A stretch of 64,000 nt of DNA from a virus (taxonomy: Duplodnaviria; Caudoviricetes): positions 475 to 64,474 of the IMG/VR virus record IMGVR_UViG_3300025930_000011, one strand, 5' to 3'. Shown here piece by piece: positions 62,398 to 64,000 of this stretch; the first letter of the stretch is position 1; each line of letters begins with the position of its first letter. The notes beneath the pieces were generated by a model. That model ran no database searches and had not been told where the DNA came from. It was given only the letters and a program-made list of their open reading frames with translations. A program made the translations under genes and the position numbers.

Positions 62398-62739
62398 ATG
62401 CAGAATCCTACAGCCAAATTAGCGCTCACGAATGAGCCTTCAGTGAAACCCGCTGAAAAGAAAGCATGGCGGGTCAAACGGAAGTCAGTTCCCGCCGAGC
62501 TTCAAGCCCCGGCAGTGCGCGTCGTTGCCCATGACATCTTTGCAGTGAGGCCCAATACTGACGCGATCGGACAGCAGTTTGGTAACTCCCGGGTCGACAT
62601 GGTGGATGCCGTGATGTACGAGCTGCACCGCCGGGTGTCGCGGGTCGAGTCCATGCTCGGGCTTCCTGCGCCTGGCACTGCACTTCCGATCCGCTGCACC
62701 GCTGGCATGGTCCTTTCCATCGGACGGAGGGCTGCATAA
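62398..62739 (+). CDS. hypothetical early protein
   Basis: AAAGGA RBS. Confidence 0.6.
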   Translation: MQNPTAKLALTNEPSVKPAEKKAWRVKRKSVPAELQAPAVRVVAHDIFAVRPNTDAIGQQFGNSRVDMVDAVMYELHRRVSRVESMLGLPAPGTALPIRCTAGMVLSIGRRAA

Positions 62740-62913
62740 ATGCGACACGTAGCTGAGAACTTTCTCATCATCTTCGGCACCGCAGTGTTCGGCCTCTTTG
62801 TCTTTCGCGGCGCGATCCGCTTGATGGATGAAATCTTCGGCGCCTCACTGCGCTACCACAATAAGCAGGCCGCGCGTCTCGGAGTCACCCTCTACAAAGG
62901 GAGGCAGTTCTAA

Positions 62914-63285
62914 ATGCAGACCGGCTACCCGAATACCCGCGAGTCCGAAATGGAGTTCGAACTCCGCCAGCCGCGCTACGGCGTTGACCGGCGGCTTCAC
63001 CTGGTGCTGAGCCTCGACCGGCTAACAGAAGGCGTCCCCTACACCTCAGCCCCTGGCGTGCCCATTCTCAATTATCTAATCTTGTCCGTCATGCTGATCT
63101 TCACTTTTTTGATGTATCAGCAGGCCAGAGCTTCGCACGCGGCAGTGGCGGTCCCGAGCTTCGATTCCAGCCACGGTACTCACCAGCAGCAGAAGAATCA
63201 CAGTTCTCCTCCTCCGAGCGCTGTGGCGGTTCTTCGGCTCGCTTCGTGCGCAGCTCTGGCCAATCATCAGGGAGAGTGCCGGTGA
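62914..63285 (+). CDS. hypothetical protein with one transmembrane helix
   Basis: GGGAGG RBS; ILNYLILSVMLIFTFLMY. Confidence 0.45.
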   Translation: MQTGYPNTRESEMEFELRQPRYGVDRRLHLVLSLDRLTEGVPYTSAPGVPILNYLILSVMLIFTFLMYQQARASHAAVAVPSFDSSHGTHQQQKNHSSPPPSAVAVLRLASCAALANHQGECR

Positions 63286-63473
63286 AGGCGATGAGGATGA
63301 CTGAGCAGGTGGCGCTTGCCTTCTGTACCGGCCTGGCTCTGATCGTGGCGGCAGTTTTGTTTGGATTTGCAATGGGGGCGAGGTTTTAAGTTTCAAGCGA
63401 ATTTCATCGAGTGTTCCGTTCCGTTAGGTAAGTGTGGGCGCGTTTCAAAACTTTGCAATAAAGTTCCTCTGTT

Positions 63474-63511
63474 GGCGGGCCTGAGCGCATCATTCCAGAG
63501 CCCGCCTTTTT
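63474..63511 (+). terminator. putative intrinsic terminator
   Basis: GGCGGGC...GCCCGCC followed by TTTTTT. Confidence 0.55.
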
Positions 63512-63555
63512 TGGCTAACTTTGCAGACGCTTGCAATTAAAGGTTTGGAGAGTGC

Positions 63556-63861
63556 ATGAAGAAAGAAGCGGCAGTTCCAGTAGTAGCAAAAGAGAGAGCA
63601 GTTCTCGTCACGACCGTCCATAAGGGCGTCTTCTTTGGGTTTGCATCCGAGACTGGAGGGAGCACGATCAAGCTGCGCGCCGCGCGATGCTGCGTCTACT
63701 GGTCGGCTGATCTCCAGGGCTTTATGGGCCTCGCCGCGATCGGACCAAATTCAAGCTGCAAGATTGGACCATCGGCGGATATGGAACTGCGCGACATCAC
63801 TTCAGTGGTTGAGGTAACACCCGAAGCCATTGAGAAATGGGCCAGGGCTCGATGGGCCTGA
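63556..63861 (+). CDS. DUF6948-like (Sm-like) phage protein
   Basis: VLVTT.HKGVFFG...IKL..AR...YW...GLA..GP. Confidence 0.7.
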   Translation: MKKEAAVPVVAKERAVLVTTVHKGVFFGFASETGGSTIKLRAARCCVYWSADLQGFMGLAAIGPNSSCKIGPSADMELRDITSVVEVTPEAIEKWARARWA

Positions 63862-64000
63862 TTTTCGGGACATTGCCTCATTGGACTGAGGCGTTTTCCG
63901 GCTACGGCGATGGCTCCGGCTACGGCTCCGGCTCCGGCTACGGCTCCGGCTCCGGCTACGGCGATGGCTCCGGCTACGGCGATGGCTCCGGCTCCGGCTA
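63852..64000 (+). CDS. Gly-rich (GYGDGSG) repeat protein, 3'-truncated by window edge
   Basis: MGLIFGTLPHWTEAFSGYGDGSGYGSGSGYG... encoded by GGCTAC/GGCGAT/GGCTCC hexamers. Confidence 0.75.
   Translation, partial: MGLIFGTLPHWTEAFSGYGDGSGYGSGSGYGSGSGYGDGSGYGDGSGSG

Larger units (their letters stand above)
1..64000. mobile_element. temperate siphovirus-type phage genome (near-complete, attP form)
   Basis: Integration, replication, packaging, head, tail, lysis and immunity modules present; no host housekeeping genes. Confidence 0.9.

Overview
The window is almost entirely one temperate long-tailed (siphovirus-type) phage genome with an HK97-family head, and it appears to be in the excised, circularly permuted form. 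An intact attP (tRNA-Leu 3' end with IHF-like and arm-like sites, about 1857-2039) has phage genes on both sides, and the early operon running off the right edge plausibly rejoins the xis-like gene cut at the left edge. Gene order: xis-like/int/attP, early and replication genes (2-11 kb), HNH-cos-terS-terL-portal-protease-capsid (12-19.4 kb), a neck region interleaved with about 10 glycosyltransferase, methyltransferase and deacetylase genes (20.7-30.2 kb), tail (30-46.5 kb), lysis and large secreted accessory proteins (46.5-55.8 kb), morons including tRNA-Arg(CCU), TonB_C and an OafA-like acyltransferase (56-61.5 kb), and a divergent pair of ribbon-helix-helix regulators (61.6-62.4 kb). The host is inferred, not shown, to be Acidobacteriota-like. 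The best candidate new system is a phage-encoded virion glycosylation pathway: (i) the glycan-enzyme cluster sits among the virion genes, (ii) a Ser-Pro-Pro motif occurs about 20 times in neck, tail-tube, tail-tip and fibre proteins but is nearly absent elsewhere (candidate sequon), and (iii) a probable +1 frameshift fuses a small capsid-region protein to a GT2 enzyme. All family assignments come from reading motifs by eye; no searches were run.
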